From an uncultured Candidatus Saccharibacteria bacterium (GTDB lineage Bacteria; Patescibacteriota; Minisyncoccia; Phycocordibacterales; UBA1006): DNA of 60,297 nt. Location: positions 1 through 60,297 of the forward strand of contig CAZQDL010000004.1 of assembly GCA_964592365.1 (NCBI GenBank), in the 5' to 3' direction. Of the stretch, positions 37,253 through 49,774 are shown in pieces (position 1 is the first letter of the stretch; each line of letters starts with the position of its first letter). Under the pieces are notes generated by a model that was not told the origin of the DNA, did no database searches, and saw nothing but the letters and a program-made list of their open reading frames with translations. The translations under genes were made by a program, and so were the position numbers.

Positions 37253-37295
37253 CTTGTCTGTTTTAGTATAAATATATTGCACATTCATTTCCTTT

Positions 37296-37304
37296 TGATA
37301 TACT
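37296..37304 (+). promoter_or_regulatory. extended -10 promoter (TGATATACT) for tRNA-Ile
   Basis: It ends 10 nt upstream of the mature tRNA-Ile 5-prime end. Confidence 0.55.
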
Positions 37305-37314
37305 CCTTGGTATT

Positions 37315-37388
37315 GCGCGTGTAGCTCAGGTGGTTAGAGCGCGTCACTGATAATGACGAGGTCCTAGGTTCAAGTCCTAGCATGCGCA
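37315..37388 (+). tRNA. tRNA-Ile(GAT)
   Basis: Acceptor GCGCGTG/CATGCGC, D arm TAGCTCAGGTGGTTAGAGC, anticodon arm CGTCA-CTGATAA-TGACG, T arm CTAGG-TTCAAGT-CCTAG. Confidence 0.92.
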
Positions 37389-37393
37389 CTACT

Positions 37394-37417
37394 AAAGCCT
37401 TTTATAAGGCTTTTTTC
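37394..37417 (+). terminator. intrinsic terminator after tRNA-Ile
   Basis: AAGCCTT-TTAT-AAGGCTT followed by TTTT. Confidence 0.7.
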
Positions 37418-37435
37418 TTTGCTACAATGCAAAAT

Positions 37436-37939
37436 ATGAAATCTAAAGGATTTACCTTAATTGAATTATTGGTAGTGGTTGCCATTATTGGAATACTTGC
37501 AACAGTGGTATTAGCTAGCTTAGGTTCAGCTCGTGAACGTGCACAATACACAAAACTACTTTCGACTATAAAATCAGCTGAAACAGATTTATATATAGAA
37601 CAGGCATCAGTTTTAAGTTGGTGGACAACAGCCAACTTACCATCATCACTTGCAACAAAATTAGCATCCCTTGATACAGGAGTCCCTGGAGTTTCTATTG
37701 TATATAACAATAGTGGTCAAGTTAAACCAGAAGGATGTGTACAAAGTGGCGTTCGGACAGCAGGTGTTCAACTCCGTATTGTGTTTCCTAATGTGACTGA
37801 GGCAACAAAAGGTCGTGATTTTCTTGATACCGCTTTTGATGGGACTAACCCACAAGGTGATAGGAATGGTTGCGGAAAAATCATGTGGCTTGGTGGTACT
37901 GAGCTATATTATCAAATTGCAAATAGCTCAACAGAATAG
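37436..37939 (+). CDS. type IV pilin-like protein P1 (prepilin N-terminal cleavage/methylation domain; unique C-terminal domain)
   Basis: [33 protein letters not shown] has G|F cleavage context, Glu at +5 and a hydrophobic helix. TACAAT at 37423-37428 lies 7 nt upstream of the ATG. The track start at 37382 lies inside tRNA-Ile. Confidence 0.88.
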   Translation: MKSKGFTLIELLVVVAIIGILATVVLASLGSARERAQYTKLLSTIKSAETDLYIEQASVLSWWTTANLPSSLATKLASLDTGVPGVSIVYNNSGQVKPEGCVQSGVRTAGVQLRIVFPNVTEATKGRDFLDTAFDGTNPQGDRNGCGKIMWLGGTELYYQIANSSTE

Positions 37940-37947
37940 TCTTCAAC

Positions 37948-37978
37948 AAAAAAATATCTATGCAGTAGATATTTTTTT
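37948..37978 (+). terminator. intrinsic terminator of P1
   Basis: AAAAATATCTA-TGCAG-TAGATATTTTT. Confidence 0.75.
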
Positions 37979-38011
37979 GTTGAATACATGCTTTCTTGTT
38001 ACAATAACTAT

Positions 38012-38503
38012 ATGAAATCTAAAGGATTTACCTTAATTGAATTATTGGTAGTGGTAGCCATTATTGGAATACTTGCAACAGTGGTATTAGCATCACTTGG
38101 AAGTGCACGCACGCAATCTAAAGATGCAGCGATAAAGCAGATTGTCTCTCAGATGCGTGCACAAGCTGAACTTCAGTATGATGGTGACTACGATGGGATC
38201 TGTAATAGTGGTCAATTTGGAAAAATGTTTGAATCAGCAGTACAGAATTCGCTGGTTACTATAGGAGGAAGCTTAAGAAGTAGGTGTTACGATAGTTCAA
38301 CGTTTAGATATACAGATAATAGTAGCTTGAATATAACACCTGCAAATGGATTTGCAGGTAGTGATTCGAACGGGTCTCCTTGGGCTGTTTCTATTGCATT
38401 AAACACAACCGAACATATATGTATAGATTCAACAGGTACCTTAGTTATTACACCTGGTCCGCTATTAGGGCATTCTTCAGCTGGGGCTGATAAAACCTGC
38501 TAA
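38012..38503 (+). CDS. type IV pilin-like protein P2 (family A, 4 Cys, C-terminal DKTC)
   Basis: Same prepilin N-terminus. Cys pattern GICNSG..RCYDSS..HICIDSTG..DKTC. TGTTACAAT at 37997-38005 lies 6 nt upstream of the ATG. Confidence 0.88.
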   Translation: MKSKGFTLIELLVVVAIIGILATVVLASLGSARTQSKDAAIKQIVSQMRAQAELQYDGDYDGICNSGQFGKMFESAVQNSLVTIGGSLRSRCYDSSTFRYTDNSSLNITPANGFAGSDSNGSPWAVSIALNTTEHICIDSTGTLVITPGPLLGHSSAGADKTC

Positions 38504-38507
38504 AAAT

Positions 38508-38537
38508 AAAAACTCCTTTAAAAAGGAGTTTTTTTAT
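38508..38537. terminator. bidirectional terminator between P2 and the convergent 246-aa ORF
   Basis: AAAACTCCTTT-A-AAAGGAGTTTTTTT. Confidence 0.75.
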
Positions 38538-39274
38538 ATTCTATTTTCAAGTTCAATAATATTGCTCGCAATAGTACGTTCAATATCAGCAACTTGATTA
38601 CTCTCAACAATTACTTTAGAAAGTAAAAATTTAAGACGAGACATACTTCCTGATGCAAATATTATTTTTCGTGCAGTCTCAAAATCATAATATTCATACA
38701 ATAATTTTATAGCTGAATCAACTTCACTCATAGGGACAGTCTTTGATCCTGAAATTTGATAAAAAATTTCTGATTCAGCATAGTTACCTAAGATAAGTAA
38801 GGAGAATGCATAATCTCTTGGATTAAGAATATTTTCATATTTTTTTATAAAATCAATATCTAGTGTTTTTCCGGAATTAGCTACTTCTGCAATTTCTTGA
38901 ATTAATGATTCAGCTGAATTATAAGAGGCTCTAATACGTTTGGATATACTTTTCTTGATAGCAAGAGCTTCTTTTTCATTCAGATGCTTGTTAATCTCAT
39001 CAAGAAAAAAATATTCATAAAGTCTTTCTTTTTGAAGATATGATTTTAAATTTTGAAAATATTTCTGTTGCTTTTCAGCAACATTAAAAAAAGACTGAAA
39101 GTAGGTATTTAAATTACAGTCAGAAAGCTCAAAGTCATTTATAGCTTTTGCTTCTAGTATTTTCAAAATTCTTTCATCTGGCTGATATCCCAGACTAATT
39201 GCTTTCTGTACCATGCCATTGTTGAGATACGTTTCGATAAGAAGGGTATCAACTTCAGATAAGTGTTTTTCCAT
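38534..39274 (-). CDS. hypothetical helical protein
   Basis: 246-aa ORF, predicted all-alpha by composition. No motif recognised. Confidence 0.5.
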   Translation of the reverse strand: MEKHLSEVDTLLIETYLNNGMVQKAISLGYQPDERILKILEAKAINDFELSDCNLNTYFQSFFNVAEKQQKYFQNLKSYLQKERLYEYFFLDEINKHLNEKEALAIKKSISKRIRASYNSAESLIQEIAEVANSGKTLDIDFIKKYENILNPRDYAFSLLILGNYAESEIFYQISGSKTVPMSEVDSAIKLLYEYYDFETARKIIFASGSMSRLKFLLSKVIVESNQVADIERTIASNIIELENRI

Positions 39275-39468
39275 GTGATATTTTGTTTTAGTGTTTAAAC
39301 CTAAATTACAATAATATTAGAAAACGTCAAATTATATCATGAGTTGATTTACTTATTCTCTATGCTCAAATAATAATATCTTGTTGCCGAGGGATATAGG
39401 TATGTTACACTAGCCTCGGCATTGTGTATTACAGTGCTTCTCTTTACATAAAGAGAAATCTTCTTTGT

Positions 39469-39741
39469 ATGAAGTTACATGAACTTGAAAAAGAAAGAGA
39501 TGCATATGCTGAGAAAATTGGAAAATTAGCAATTACTATTGCCTTAATTTTTGGTATTCCAGTAGCACTAGCGATAGGAATTGGACATCTTTTTGATGTT
39601 CCTTTGGTATATACTATTCCTGTCGCTTTTATCATTTCATGGTTTTTTGTTATCCGACTCTATCGAAAGGTGGATAAAAAGGTACGAGAATTAGAAGAAC
39701 AAATTCGTGAACTTAAAAAACAAGAAGCATTAAAGAATTAA
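39469..39741 (+). CDS. AtpZ/AtpI-like small membrane protein preceding the atp operon
   Basis: Two TM helices (LAITIALIFGIPVALAIGIG, IPVAFIISWFFVI). It lies directly upstream of atpB. Confidence 0.6.
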   Translation: MKLHELEKERDAYAEKIGKLAITIALIFGIPVALAIGIGHLFDVPLVYTIPVAFIISWFFVIRLYRKVDKKVRELEEQIRELKKQEALKN

Positions 39742-39744
39742 TAT

Positions 39745-40557
39745 ATGGGATTCACAAGCATCACAAGAAATTTAACACCTATTCAACCTGAAATCGTATT
39801 TTCAATGGGTGATTTTGGTATTGCAAATTCAACACTCATGGTACTACTTATCGCACTTCTTTTTTCATTTGTGGGATTAGTATTGGTACCTAAATTTTCA
39901 TTGGTTCCTGGTAAATTTCAATCAATGATTGAAATGGTGTATGAATCAATGACCGATTTGATTCAGCAAATTACTAATGATCGCTTCCATGCACAACGTA
40001 TTTTACCCCTTATCACAACCATCCTTGTATATTTTGCAGTTGCTAACGTAATTGCAATCATTCCAGGACTTACTGATATTACGTATAACGGAGTTGCTGT
40101 TTTTCGAACCCCAACCTCTGATTTCAACACCGCTTTTGGTGTTTCATTGGCAGCGGTTGTGGTACTGAACTTGGTAGCAATTCAAGAATGGGGGGTATTA
40201 GGATATCTTGGTAAGTTCTTTAATTTTAAAGGAATCGTTGATGGATTTAAAAAGAGCCTCATGGATGGATTCATTGGATTTATTGAATTCTTTGTAGGGG
40301 TGTTAGACATCATCGGAGAAATTGCAAAAGTAGTTTCACTTTCATTTCGATTATTTGGAAACGTATATGCAGGGCAGGTACTTGCCATTATTATCATGGG
40401 TGCATTTGCATGGGGTCTCCCAACTATTTGGGCTGTTATGAGTAACTTCACAGGAATACTTCAAGGTTTCGTTTTCGCGGCTTTAGTTTCTGTATATTAC
40501 TCACTTACCCTAAAACCAAAAGCTGAGGAATCAGCAGATATTAATTCAACTCATTAA
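39745..40557 (+). CDS. atpB: F0F1 ATP synthase subunit a
   Basis: Polytopic protein with LSFRLFGNVYAGQ (essential Arg) in the penultimate helix. Confidence 0.92.
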   Translation: MGFTSITRNLTPIQPEIVFSMGDFGIANSTLMVLLIALLFSFVGLVLVPKFSLVPGKFQSMIEMVYESMTDLIQQITNDRFHAQRILPLITTILVYFAVANVIAIIPGLTDITYNGVAVFRTPTSDFNTAFGVSLAAVVVLNLVAIQEWGVLGYLGKFFNFKGIVDGFKKSLMDGFIGFIEFFVGVLDIIGEIAKVVSLSFRLFGNVYAGQVLAIIIMGAFAWGLPTIWAVMSNFTGILQGFVFAALVSVYYSLTLKPKAEESADINSTH

Positions 40558-40585
40558 TCACTATTTATTTTAACTATTTATTTAT

Positions 40586-40801
40586 ATGACAGAAGAAGCA
40601 GCACGATATATTGCAAAAGGTTTAGCTACCTTTTCAATGTTTGGATCAAGTATTGGAGAAGGATACTTGGTAGGAAAGGCATTAGAAGCAATGGGACGAA
40701 ACCCAGAAATGGCAGGAACTATCTTTACTCGTATGATTGTTGGAGTAGCTCTTGTTGAGTCTGCAGCGATTTACGCATTGGTAGCGTTCTTCCTTATCTA
40801 A
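40586..40801 (+). CDS. atpE: F0F1 ATP synthase subunit c
   Basis: 71-aa hairpin protein with GRNPE loop and carboxylate in VALVESAAIYALV. Confidence 0.92.
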   Translation: MTEEAARYIAKGLATFSMFGSSIGEGYLVGKALEAMGRNPEMAGTIFTRMIVGVALVESAAIYALVAFFLI

Positions 40802-40818
40802 TCTTTTCGTACCTGTAT

Positions 40819-41334
40819 ATGGAAGTCCTTAGCAATATTGGATTTGATTGGCAGGTAGCACTTTCTAACTTTGTTAGCTTTGTCCTTATTTACTTCATTC
40901 TCAAAACATGGGTTTTTGGTCCTGTTTCAGATATTCTGGAACAAAGAAAATCAACGATAGAAGAAGGAGTTAAGAAGGCAAAAGAGTCTGAAGCGGTATT
41001 AACCCAAGCTCAAGAAGAAGCTGATACGATTATCAAAACTTCAAAGCAGGAAGCTAATATCATTGTTGCAAAAGCAAAAGATAGTGGTGATGAACTTATC
41101 ACAAACGCAACAAAGCAAGCAGAAAAAGAAGCACATGAAGTGCATATCCGTGCTAAACAAGCATTACAAAAAGAACAAGAAGACATGGAGCAAGCATTGA
41201 TTTCTAAAACGGCGTCATTGGTTTCAATGGGGGTTACTAAACTCTTAAAGGAAGAGGTTGATCAGAAACGTGACCAAGAGTTAACGAATAGGGCATTAAA
41301 GCATTTGCAGAATGTAAGCTCAGTACAGAAATAG
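40819..41334 (+). CDS. atpF: F0F1 ATP synthase subunit b
   Basis: N-terminal TM followed by a long charged helix. Position in the operon supports the call. Confidence 0.88.
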   Translation: MEVLSNIGFDWQVALSNFVSFVLIYFILKTWVFGPVSDILEQRKSTIEEGVKKAKESEAVLTQAQEEADTIIKTSKQEANIIVAKAKDSGDELITNATKQAEKEAHEVHIRAKQALQKEQEDMEQALISKTASLVSMGVTKLLKEEVDQKRDQELTNRALKHLQNVSSVQK

Positions 41335-41335
41335 T

Positions 41336-41716
41336 ATGGCAACATCTGAACACTTAGCTCGTGTACTGGAACAACTTGCAAAAGGTGATCATGCTGACAA
41401 AAAAGTTGATTCATTTTTTACTTACTTATCAGAAAAAAACCTTATCACCTTACTTCCTCAGATTTTAAAGCATGTTGTTTTAAGGAAAGAACAGCAGGAT
41501 AATTTCAATACTCTGCGTATCGTTTCTCGATATCCACTTTCAGAGGAACAACTTGGGTATGTCAAAGAGGTAGTAGGCGCACCAGATGAAATTGTTTTAG
41601 AAAAAAAAGTAGATGAACATATGCTTGGTTCATTTACAGCTTCATACCAAGGATCACTTTATGATGGATCACTTGATCATGATGTACTAGCAATGAGAAG
41701 AGCATTAACACAATAA
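41336..41716 (+). CDS. atpH: F0F1 ATP synthase subunit delta (short, 126 aa)
   Basis: Lies between atpF and atpA. C-terminal OSCP-like [16 protein letters not shown]. Confidence 0.75.
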   Translation: MATSEHLARVLEQLAKGDHADKKVDSFFTYLSEKNLITLLPQILKHVVLRKEQQDNFNTLRIVSRYPLSEEQLGYVKEVVGAPDEIVLEKKVDEHMLGSFTASYQGSLYDGSLDHDVLAMRRALTQ

Positions 41717-41723
41717 ATTACGT

Positions 41724-43220
41724 ATGAATACAGAAACACTGGTAAAAAAAATTCAAGAACAAATTGAAGGATTTGAATCTCAGGTAGAAATAACTGAATT
41801 CGGAACAGTTCAATCAATTGCAGACGGAGTTGCTCGTATCTCTGGTCTTTCACAGTGTCAGGCATCTGAAATGGTCTCATTTAATGATGGCGCTATTGGA
41901 GTTGCTTTGAACCTAGAAGCAGATACTGTTGGGGTAATTATCCTTGGAGACTACCTTGGTATTAAAGAAGGGGATACAGCAAAGCGAACAGGAAAAATTC
42001 TTTCTGTTCCTGTAGGTGACGCTATTATTGGAAGAGTGGTTGATCCACTAGCTAATCCTATTGATGGAAAAGGTGATATCAAAACTAATGTAGATCAACT
42101 TATCGAACGTGTTGCTCCAGGAGTAATGACTCGTGAACCAGTATCAGTACCTCTACAAACTGGTATCAAAGTAATCGATGCGCTTGTTCCAGTTGGAAGA
42201 GGACAACGAGAACTTATCATTGGTGATCGACAAACAGGAAAAACAGCTGTTGCTATTGATACTATTATCAATCAAAAAGGACAGAATATTAAATGTGTGT
42301 ATGTAGCTATTGGACAGAAAAAGTCAAAAATTATGCGAGCAGTACAAAAGCTTCAAGAAGCAGGAGCTATGGAATATACAACCGTAGTACTTGCTGGAGC
42401 TTCTGACAGTTCTGCACTTCAATACATCGCACCATATTCAGGAGTAGCTATTGCTGAATACTTTTTGGATAAAGGGGAAGATGTACTTGTGGTATATGAT
42501 GACCTTACCAAACACGCTGCAGCATATCGAGAAATTTCACTTCTACTACGACGACCACCAGGACGTGAAGCATATCCTGGAGATGTATTTTATCTTCACT
42601 CTCGACTTCTTGAGCGAGCATGTCGACTAAATGCGGAAAATGGAGGAGGATCAATTACAGCACTCCCTATCATTGAAACACAAGGAGGAGATGTATCCGC
42701 ATACATTCCAACAAACGTAATTTCAATTACTGACGGACAAATTTTCCTTGAAGCAGGATTATTCAATAAAGGTATCAGACCAGCTATTAACGTTGGACTT
42801 TCTGTTTCTCGAGTTGGAGGTGCTGCACAAACAAAGGCAATGAAAAAGACAGCCGGACCAATGAAGCTGGCTTTGGCTCAGTATCGAGAGCTTGAATCAT
42901 TCGCACAGTTTGATTCTGATCTTGATCCACAAACAAAGAAGATTTTGAATCATGGTGCTAAGTCAACTGAACTATTAAAGCAAGGACAGTACCAACCAAT
43001 TTCAATGGCACATCAGGTAGTTTCAATCTATGCATTGAATAACAGGATGCTTGAAAGTATTAGTATTGATGATATTGGATCATGGGAAAAAGGATTATAT
43101 TCATTCCTTTCATCTTCAAAATCATCACTTCTAGAAGAAATTAACAAAGGATGGTCAGATGACATCCAGAAAGGTATCGTTGATGCCGTAACGCAATACA
43201 ACGAAACTTTCACTGTCTAA
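41724..43220 (+). CDS. atpA: F0F1 ATP synthase subunit alpha
   Basis: GDRQTGKT Walker A, plus [20 protein letters not shown]. Confidence 0.96.
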   Translation: MNTETLVKKIQEQIEGFESQVEITEFGTVQSIADGVARISGLSQCQASEMVSFNDGAIGVALNLEADTVGVIILGDYLGIKEGDTAKRTGKILSVPVGDAIIGRVVDPLANPIDGKGDIKTNVDQLIERVAPGVMTREPVSVPLQTGIKVIDALVPVGRGQRELIIGDRQTGKTAVAIDTIINQKGQNIKCVYVAIGQKKSKIMRAVQKLQEAGAMEYTTVVLAGASDSSALQYIAPYSGVAIAEYFLDKGEDVLVVYDDLTKHAAAYREISLLLRRPPGREAYPGDVFYLHSRLLERACRLNAENGGGSITALPIIETQGGDVSAYIPTNVISITDGQIFLEAGLFNKGIRPAINVGLSVSRVGGAAQTKAMKKTAGPMKLALAQYRELESFAQFDSDLDPQTKKILNHGAKSTELLKQGQYQPISMAHQVVSIYALNNRMLESISIDDIGSWEKGLYSFLSSSKSSLLEEINKGWSDDIQKGIVDAVTQYNETFTV

Positions 43221-43224
43221 TGTT

Positions 43225-45529
<2,305 letters not shown>

Positions 45530-45533
45530 GCCT

Positions 45534-45953
45534 ATGAGTTTGAAACTTACCATTCTCACTCCACTTGGAGAAATATTTTCAGGTGAAGTAGATCAAGTAA
45601 CCGCAACTACTACATCAGGAGAAATTACCATTCTTAAAAATCATATTCCTTTAGTAACAACCCTAGCAACTGGAGAAATTATGATCAGGGTAAAAGGTGA
45701 ACCTTCATATTTTACTGTTGCAGGAGGAGTACTTGAAAAAAAACAGGAAAACGAAGTGGTTGTTCTTTCAAGTCGTTCTGAAGATGCCCTTGCTATTGAT
45801 GTAAAACGAGCAGAAGAAGCTTATCAAAAAGCACAGGCACTAGCTGAAGAAGCAAAAGAAAACAAAGAAGTATTTGGTGGAGTTAACTACCAAAAACTAA
45901 TGAATAAAGAGTTAAATAGAATTCGACTCGGAAAGCGAGGTCAGAGGAAATAA
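45534..45953 (+). CDS. atpC: F0F1 ATP synthase subunit epsilon
   Basis: Beta-sandwich N-terminus (LTILTP.GEIFSGEV..V....SGE..IL.NH.PL) and a helical C-terminus. Confidence 0.9.
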   Translation: MSLKLTILTPLGEIFSGEVDQVTATTTSGEITILKNHIPLVTTLATGEIMIRVKGEPSYFTVAGGVLEKKQENEVVVLSSRSEDALAIDVKRAEEAYQKAQALAEEAKENKEVFGGVNYQKLMNKELNRIRLGKRGQRK

Positions 45954-45980
45954 AAACCACTTTGTGGTTTTTATTTTTTA
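45953..45980 (+). terminator. intrinsic terminator of the atp operon
   Basis: AAAACCAC-TTT-GTGGTTTTTATTTTTT. Confidence 0.8.
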
Positions 45981-46025
45981 TTTATTTTTTTGTCCTAACA
46001 TGAACAAAATTAAAATTACATACGT

Positions 46026-46439
46026 ATGAATGCACTCGTTTCTTATAACAAAATAAGGGTACCAAAAAAGATACAAAAGCATGTTGCGTGCTTTGATAAT
46101 ATTTTTAATCCCAAAGATCCATCATCAGTATTGCTTAGTGATCTGGTATATCAAAAACTATTACACAACCAACATCAGTACAAAAGAATAATTGTTTTCT
46201 TGGGTAAAAAAAGTTCAGGTTCATGTAAGATGATTCCATTACTTTGGAATAGTATAGAGAAAGAAAAGTTATTCTTTATTCTTTGTCACCATGATATTGA
46301 AGAAAAAATATCTATATTACATGAAAATTCAGTTCCTAAATTACAGTACTTAAGTTTTTGTGATAATTGGCATCAAGAGGGAAAGCCTTGCAACGAAGTT
46401 CCAATAATGATTGGCATTGCACTACAAAAAGCAGATTAA
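46026..46439 (+). CDS. hypothetical protein
   Basis: 137-aa ORF with no recognisable motif. Confidence 0.45.
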   Translation: MNALVSYNKIRVPKKIQKHVACFDNIFNPKDPSSVLLSDLVYQKLLHNQHQYKRIIVFLGKKSSGSCKMIPLLWNSIEKEKLFFILCHHDIEEKISILHENSVPKLQYLSFCDNWHQEGKPCNEVPIMIGIALQKAD

Positions 46440-46471
46440 TCTGCTTTTTTCTCATGGTACAATGTCGCTAT

Positions 46472-46987
46472 ATGAAAAATATTCTCATTGTTATTCTTGT
46501 CTTAGGTATTAGCGTAGGAGCTTTTATTCTTACCAATAGATCAGAACCATTAGCTGTTTCGGTAGTTGGACCACAACGTATCGATACTCGTTGCTATGCA
46601 CAAAAAGAACTTCTTGAAGGTGATTTAGGTTATTCATATTCTTTTGCACGTTTTGATATTTTCAGTGATATGAGTGTTGAAGGGTATCTAGGATATTTCC
46701 CATATGGTGTTGATGCAAGTTCCGGAAGCTATGTTGGAACACTTCTTCCTGAAGATGATATTATAACCGGTGAATATACCTTTTTTGCTGAAGGACAGAC
46801 GGGTACGGAAGAGCGTTTTGTGCGATTAACAGATATTGGATTACTCTTTGGTTTTGGTCCAATGGAGCTATCTTCAGATGGGGTGTACCGCTATGCCAAT
46901 ACTGATTTTATCGAATATGACTACCCAGTACCTTCAGCTGCATGTAATCGATATGATGCATGGTACTTAGAGCTATTTGGGGTATAA
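46472..46987 (+). CDS. hypothetical secreted/membrane-anchored protein
   Basis: MKNILIVILVLGISVGAFILTN signal anchor. TGGTACAAT at 46455-46463 lies 8 nt upstream of the ATG. Confidence 0.5.
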   Translation: MKNILIVILVLGISVGAFILTNRSEPLAVSVVGPQRIDTRCYAQKELLEGDLGYSYSFARFDIFSDMSVEGYLGYFPYGVDASSGSYVGTLLPEDDIITGEYTFFAEGQTGTEERFVRLTDIGLLFGFGPMELSSDGVYRYANTDFIEYDYPVPSAACNRYDAWYLELFGV

Positions 46988-46997
46988 TACGAGAATT

Positions 46998-48440
46998 ATG
47001 ATACAAAGATTAAAGAATATAAAGAAAAAATACTATGCAATTGCTGTAGTAGTATTTTTAATTCTCGTTATTTTTCTTAGGAATAATAAGGAGGGGGACA
47101 TTACTACATATACAGTAGTAAAACAAGATGTTGCTGATGCAATTATCCTAGCTGGAACCATTGACGTTGACTCAAGGGTTGAACTTGGTTTTGCAACATC
47201 AGGAAGGGTATCTGACATCTTTTTCAAAGAAGGTGAAAAGATAAATAAAGGGCAAGTAATTGCACGAATTGATCAGAATCAACTACAAGCAAACCTTATC
47301 CAAGCTCGTGCTAGTCAAATTGTGACTGAAGTTGATACAGGGTCTGAGTTAGTGAATACTCAGAGTGATTTTGAAACAATAAAAGCACAACAGGATGAAC
47401 TTGTTGAGGGAGCATACCAAACTTATCTCTCATCAGATCTACAAGCATATATTCAAGATGGAAATAAGAGGAATATGGTAAGTCCAACAATTTCAGGAAC
47501 ATTCTTTGGAAACAGAGAAGGTGAATATATCCTTAATGTATATTCTTCAAGTACTGCATCTGGATACTCTTTTAGACTCAGTGGTTTAGAGAATGGTACC
47601 TATGAAGCATATGAGTACCAACCTGGATTACTTGGTAATGAAGGATTATTCATCAAGTTTGATCCAGATACAAATTACAACAATACTACATGGATTGTTC
47701 CTGTACCGAATAAAAGATCATCTACCTACGTAAGTAGATTAGCTAGTTATGAAAATGCACTTGCTACCCGTACGCAGGTAATTACTTCTGCACAAAATCA
47801 ATTAAATAGAGTTTCTGGAGGATCTTCTGATATTTCACGAAGTCAGGCACAAATTCAACAGGCACGAGCACAGGTAAATGCAGTAGCTGCTCAGTTGAAT
47901 GATGGAAAAATTGTTGCACCTTTTGATGGTATTGTTGCAAAAAATACTCTTGAAGTAGGGCAAATTGTTTCTGCGTACCAAGGAGTAGTTACCATGTTTG
48001 GTAGTGAGGTACGAGAGCTTAACTTAAATATCCCTGAAATCTACATTAACAAGATTGCAGAAGGTGACACCGTTGAGGTAATGCTTGATGCATATCCTAA
48101 TGAGTCTTTTGAAGGAACTGTAAAAGAAATTGATATTATCGATACTATTGTTGATGGTGTACCAGTGTACGCAACAACGGTTGTTTTAAATGATCAGGAT
48201 CCACGGATTCGTGTTGGAATGAATGCGAAGGGAAAGATAACTTCAGAGAAAAAGGAAGGAGTTATTGCTATTCCTAAACATTATATAATTTCAAAGGAAA
48301 CTAAGTCATATGCAATGCTTAGAAAAGATAGTGAAGTTACAGAAGTTTTAGTTGAACTAGGTTTTGAAGGAAATGATGGCTTAGTTGAAATCACTTCTGG
48401 TTTGCAAGAGGGAGATGTAATCATTCGACCATCAATCTAA
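46998..48440 (+). CDS. efflux transporter periplasmic adaptor (HlyD/MacA family)
   Basis: N-terminal TM, lipoyl/barrel-sandwich segments (G.I....F.EGEKINKGQVIARID; DGKIVAPFDGIVA) and an intervening helical hairpin. Confidence 0.82.
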   Translation: MIQRLKNIKKKYYAIAVVVFLILVIFLRNNKEGDITTYTVVKQDVADAIILAGTIDVDSRVELGFATSGRVSDIFFKEGEKINKGQVIARIDQNQLQANLIQARASQIVTEVDTGSELVNTQSDFETIKAQQDELVEGAYQTYLSSDLQAYIQDGNKRNMVSPTISGTFFGNREGEYILNVYSSSTASGYSFRLSGLENGTYEAYEYQPGLLGNEGLFIKFDPDTNYNNTTWIVPVPNKRSSTYVSRLASYENALATRTQVITSAQNQLNRVSGGSSDISRSQAQIQQARAQVNAVAAQLNDGKIVAPFDGIVAKNTLEVGQIVSAYQGVVTMFGSEVRELNLNIPEIYINKIAEGDTVEVMLDAYPNESFEGTVKEIDIIDTIVDGVPVYATTVVLNDQDPRIRVGMNAKGKITSEKKEGVIAIPKHYIISKETKSYAMLRKDSEVTEVLVELGFEGNDGLVEITSGLQEGDVIIRPSI

Positions 48441-48441
48441 T

Positions 48442-49773
48442 ATGAAAGCCTACAAAGCATTTGAAAAATATTTTCGTTTTGTAAAGGTAGGTTCTTTTCT
48501 TGCAAGGCGTCAAATTAGAAGGGGAAACATATGGATTACTCTTCTTATTATTTCAATAATGACTCTGACATTCCTTTCTTTGGTAGTTATTCCTGGAATT
48601 CTTGTAGGACTTACTGAAGGTTCGTTTGAACAGAATCGTGAACACTTCACTGGAGATCTATATTTAACAACATTACCAAATGAAGAAAAAATTACTGATA
48701 CCCAAGATGTTATTCGAGTTTTGGATACTATTCCGGAAGTAGAAAGTTACAGTGTACGATATTCTATTGGATCAACGGTTGAAGCAGGCTATGTATTTAG
48801 AGATGACTATACTGAAGCTGCTGAAAGTTTAAGTATTAATGCGTATGCTATTAATCCTGAAGATGAAGAGAAAACAACTAATATATCAACCTTCCTTATC
48901 GAAGGAGATATGCTTTCTTCTGATGAATCAGGGTATGTCTTGATCGGATCAACGCTTCTTGCTGAATACTCTGGATTTGCTGATTTGTTTGAACCTCTTG
49001 TTAACGTAGAGGTAGGGAAACCAGTAAGGATTACTCTACAAGGTAATCCTCTTGAAGGTATCGGACGTGATCAGGCACTCGTTGAGGGAAACACTGATCC
49101 TGGTCAAACTACAGAATTTATCGTAAAAGGAATTCTAGATTCAAAAGTAGGTGAACTATCATCTGCAATATTTATCACAGAACAAGATTATCGAAGAATT
49201 AGTGGTGAAAAAAGTTTACAAGCAAGTGAAATTGCTGTGAAGCATGATGGAAGTGTAACTGAAGATGCATTTAAAAATATAGCTCTTCAGTATGGATTTG
49301 ATAGGTATGCAAAAGTTAGAACAGCAACAGAATCAATTCCTAAATTTCTAAGTGATGTTCAACAAACTTTCGGACTCCTTGGAAACATGATTGGTTTTAT
49401 CGGAATTGTAGTTTCATCTATTACTATATTCATTGTTATCTATATCAATGCCTTAACGAGAAGAAAGTTCATTGGTATTTTAAAGGGAATTGGAATTTCA
49501 GAAGGGGCTATTGAAACCGCCTACCTTATCCAAGCAGTATTCTATGCTTTAATTGGTATTGGTATTGGTCTTCTTGTAGTGTATGGAATGCTCGTTCCGT
49601 TCTTTGCTGCTAATCCAATTGATTTCCCATTTTCAGATGGAATCCTTGTAGCTAAGGTTCCTGCAACACTTGTTCGAGCAAGTATCTTGTTACTTGTTAC
49701 CATGATTGCAGGATTCCTACCTGCTCGATTAATAGTACGAAAAAATACTCTTGATAGTATTTTGCAACGATAA
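48442..49773 (+). CDS. ABC transporter permease, MacB/FtsX type
   Basis: TM1, a large extracytoplasmic domain, then three C-terminal TM helices with the FtsX pattern (RRKFIGILKGIGIS). Confidence 0.85.
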   Translation: MKAYKAFEKYFRFVKVGSFLARRQIRRGNIWITLLIISIMTLTFLSLVVIPGILVGLTEGSFEQNREHFTGDLYLTTLPNEEKITDTQDVIRVLDTIPEVESYSVRYSIGSTVEAGYVFRDDYTEAAESLSINAYAINPEDEEKTTNISTFLIEGDMLSSDESGYVLIGSTLLAEYSGFADLFEPLVNVEVGKPVRITLQGNPLEGIGRDQALVEGNTDPGQTTEFIVKGILDSKVGELSSAIFITEQDYRRISGEKSLQASEIAVKHDGSVTEDAFKNIALQYGFDRYAKVRTATESIPKFLSDVQQTFGLLGNMIGFIGIVVSSITIFIVIYINALTRRKFIGILKGIGISEGAIETAYLIQAVFYALIGIGIGLLVVYGMLVPFFAANPIDFPFSDGILVAKVPATLVRASILLLVTMIAGFLPARLIVRKNTLDSILQR

Positions 49774-49774
49774 T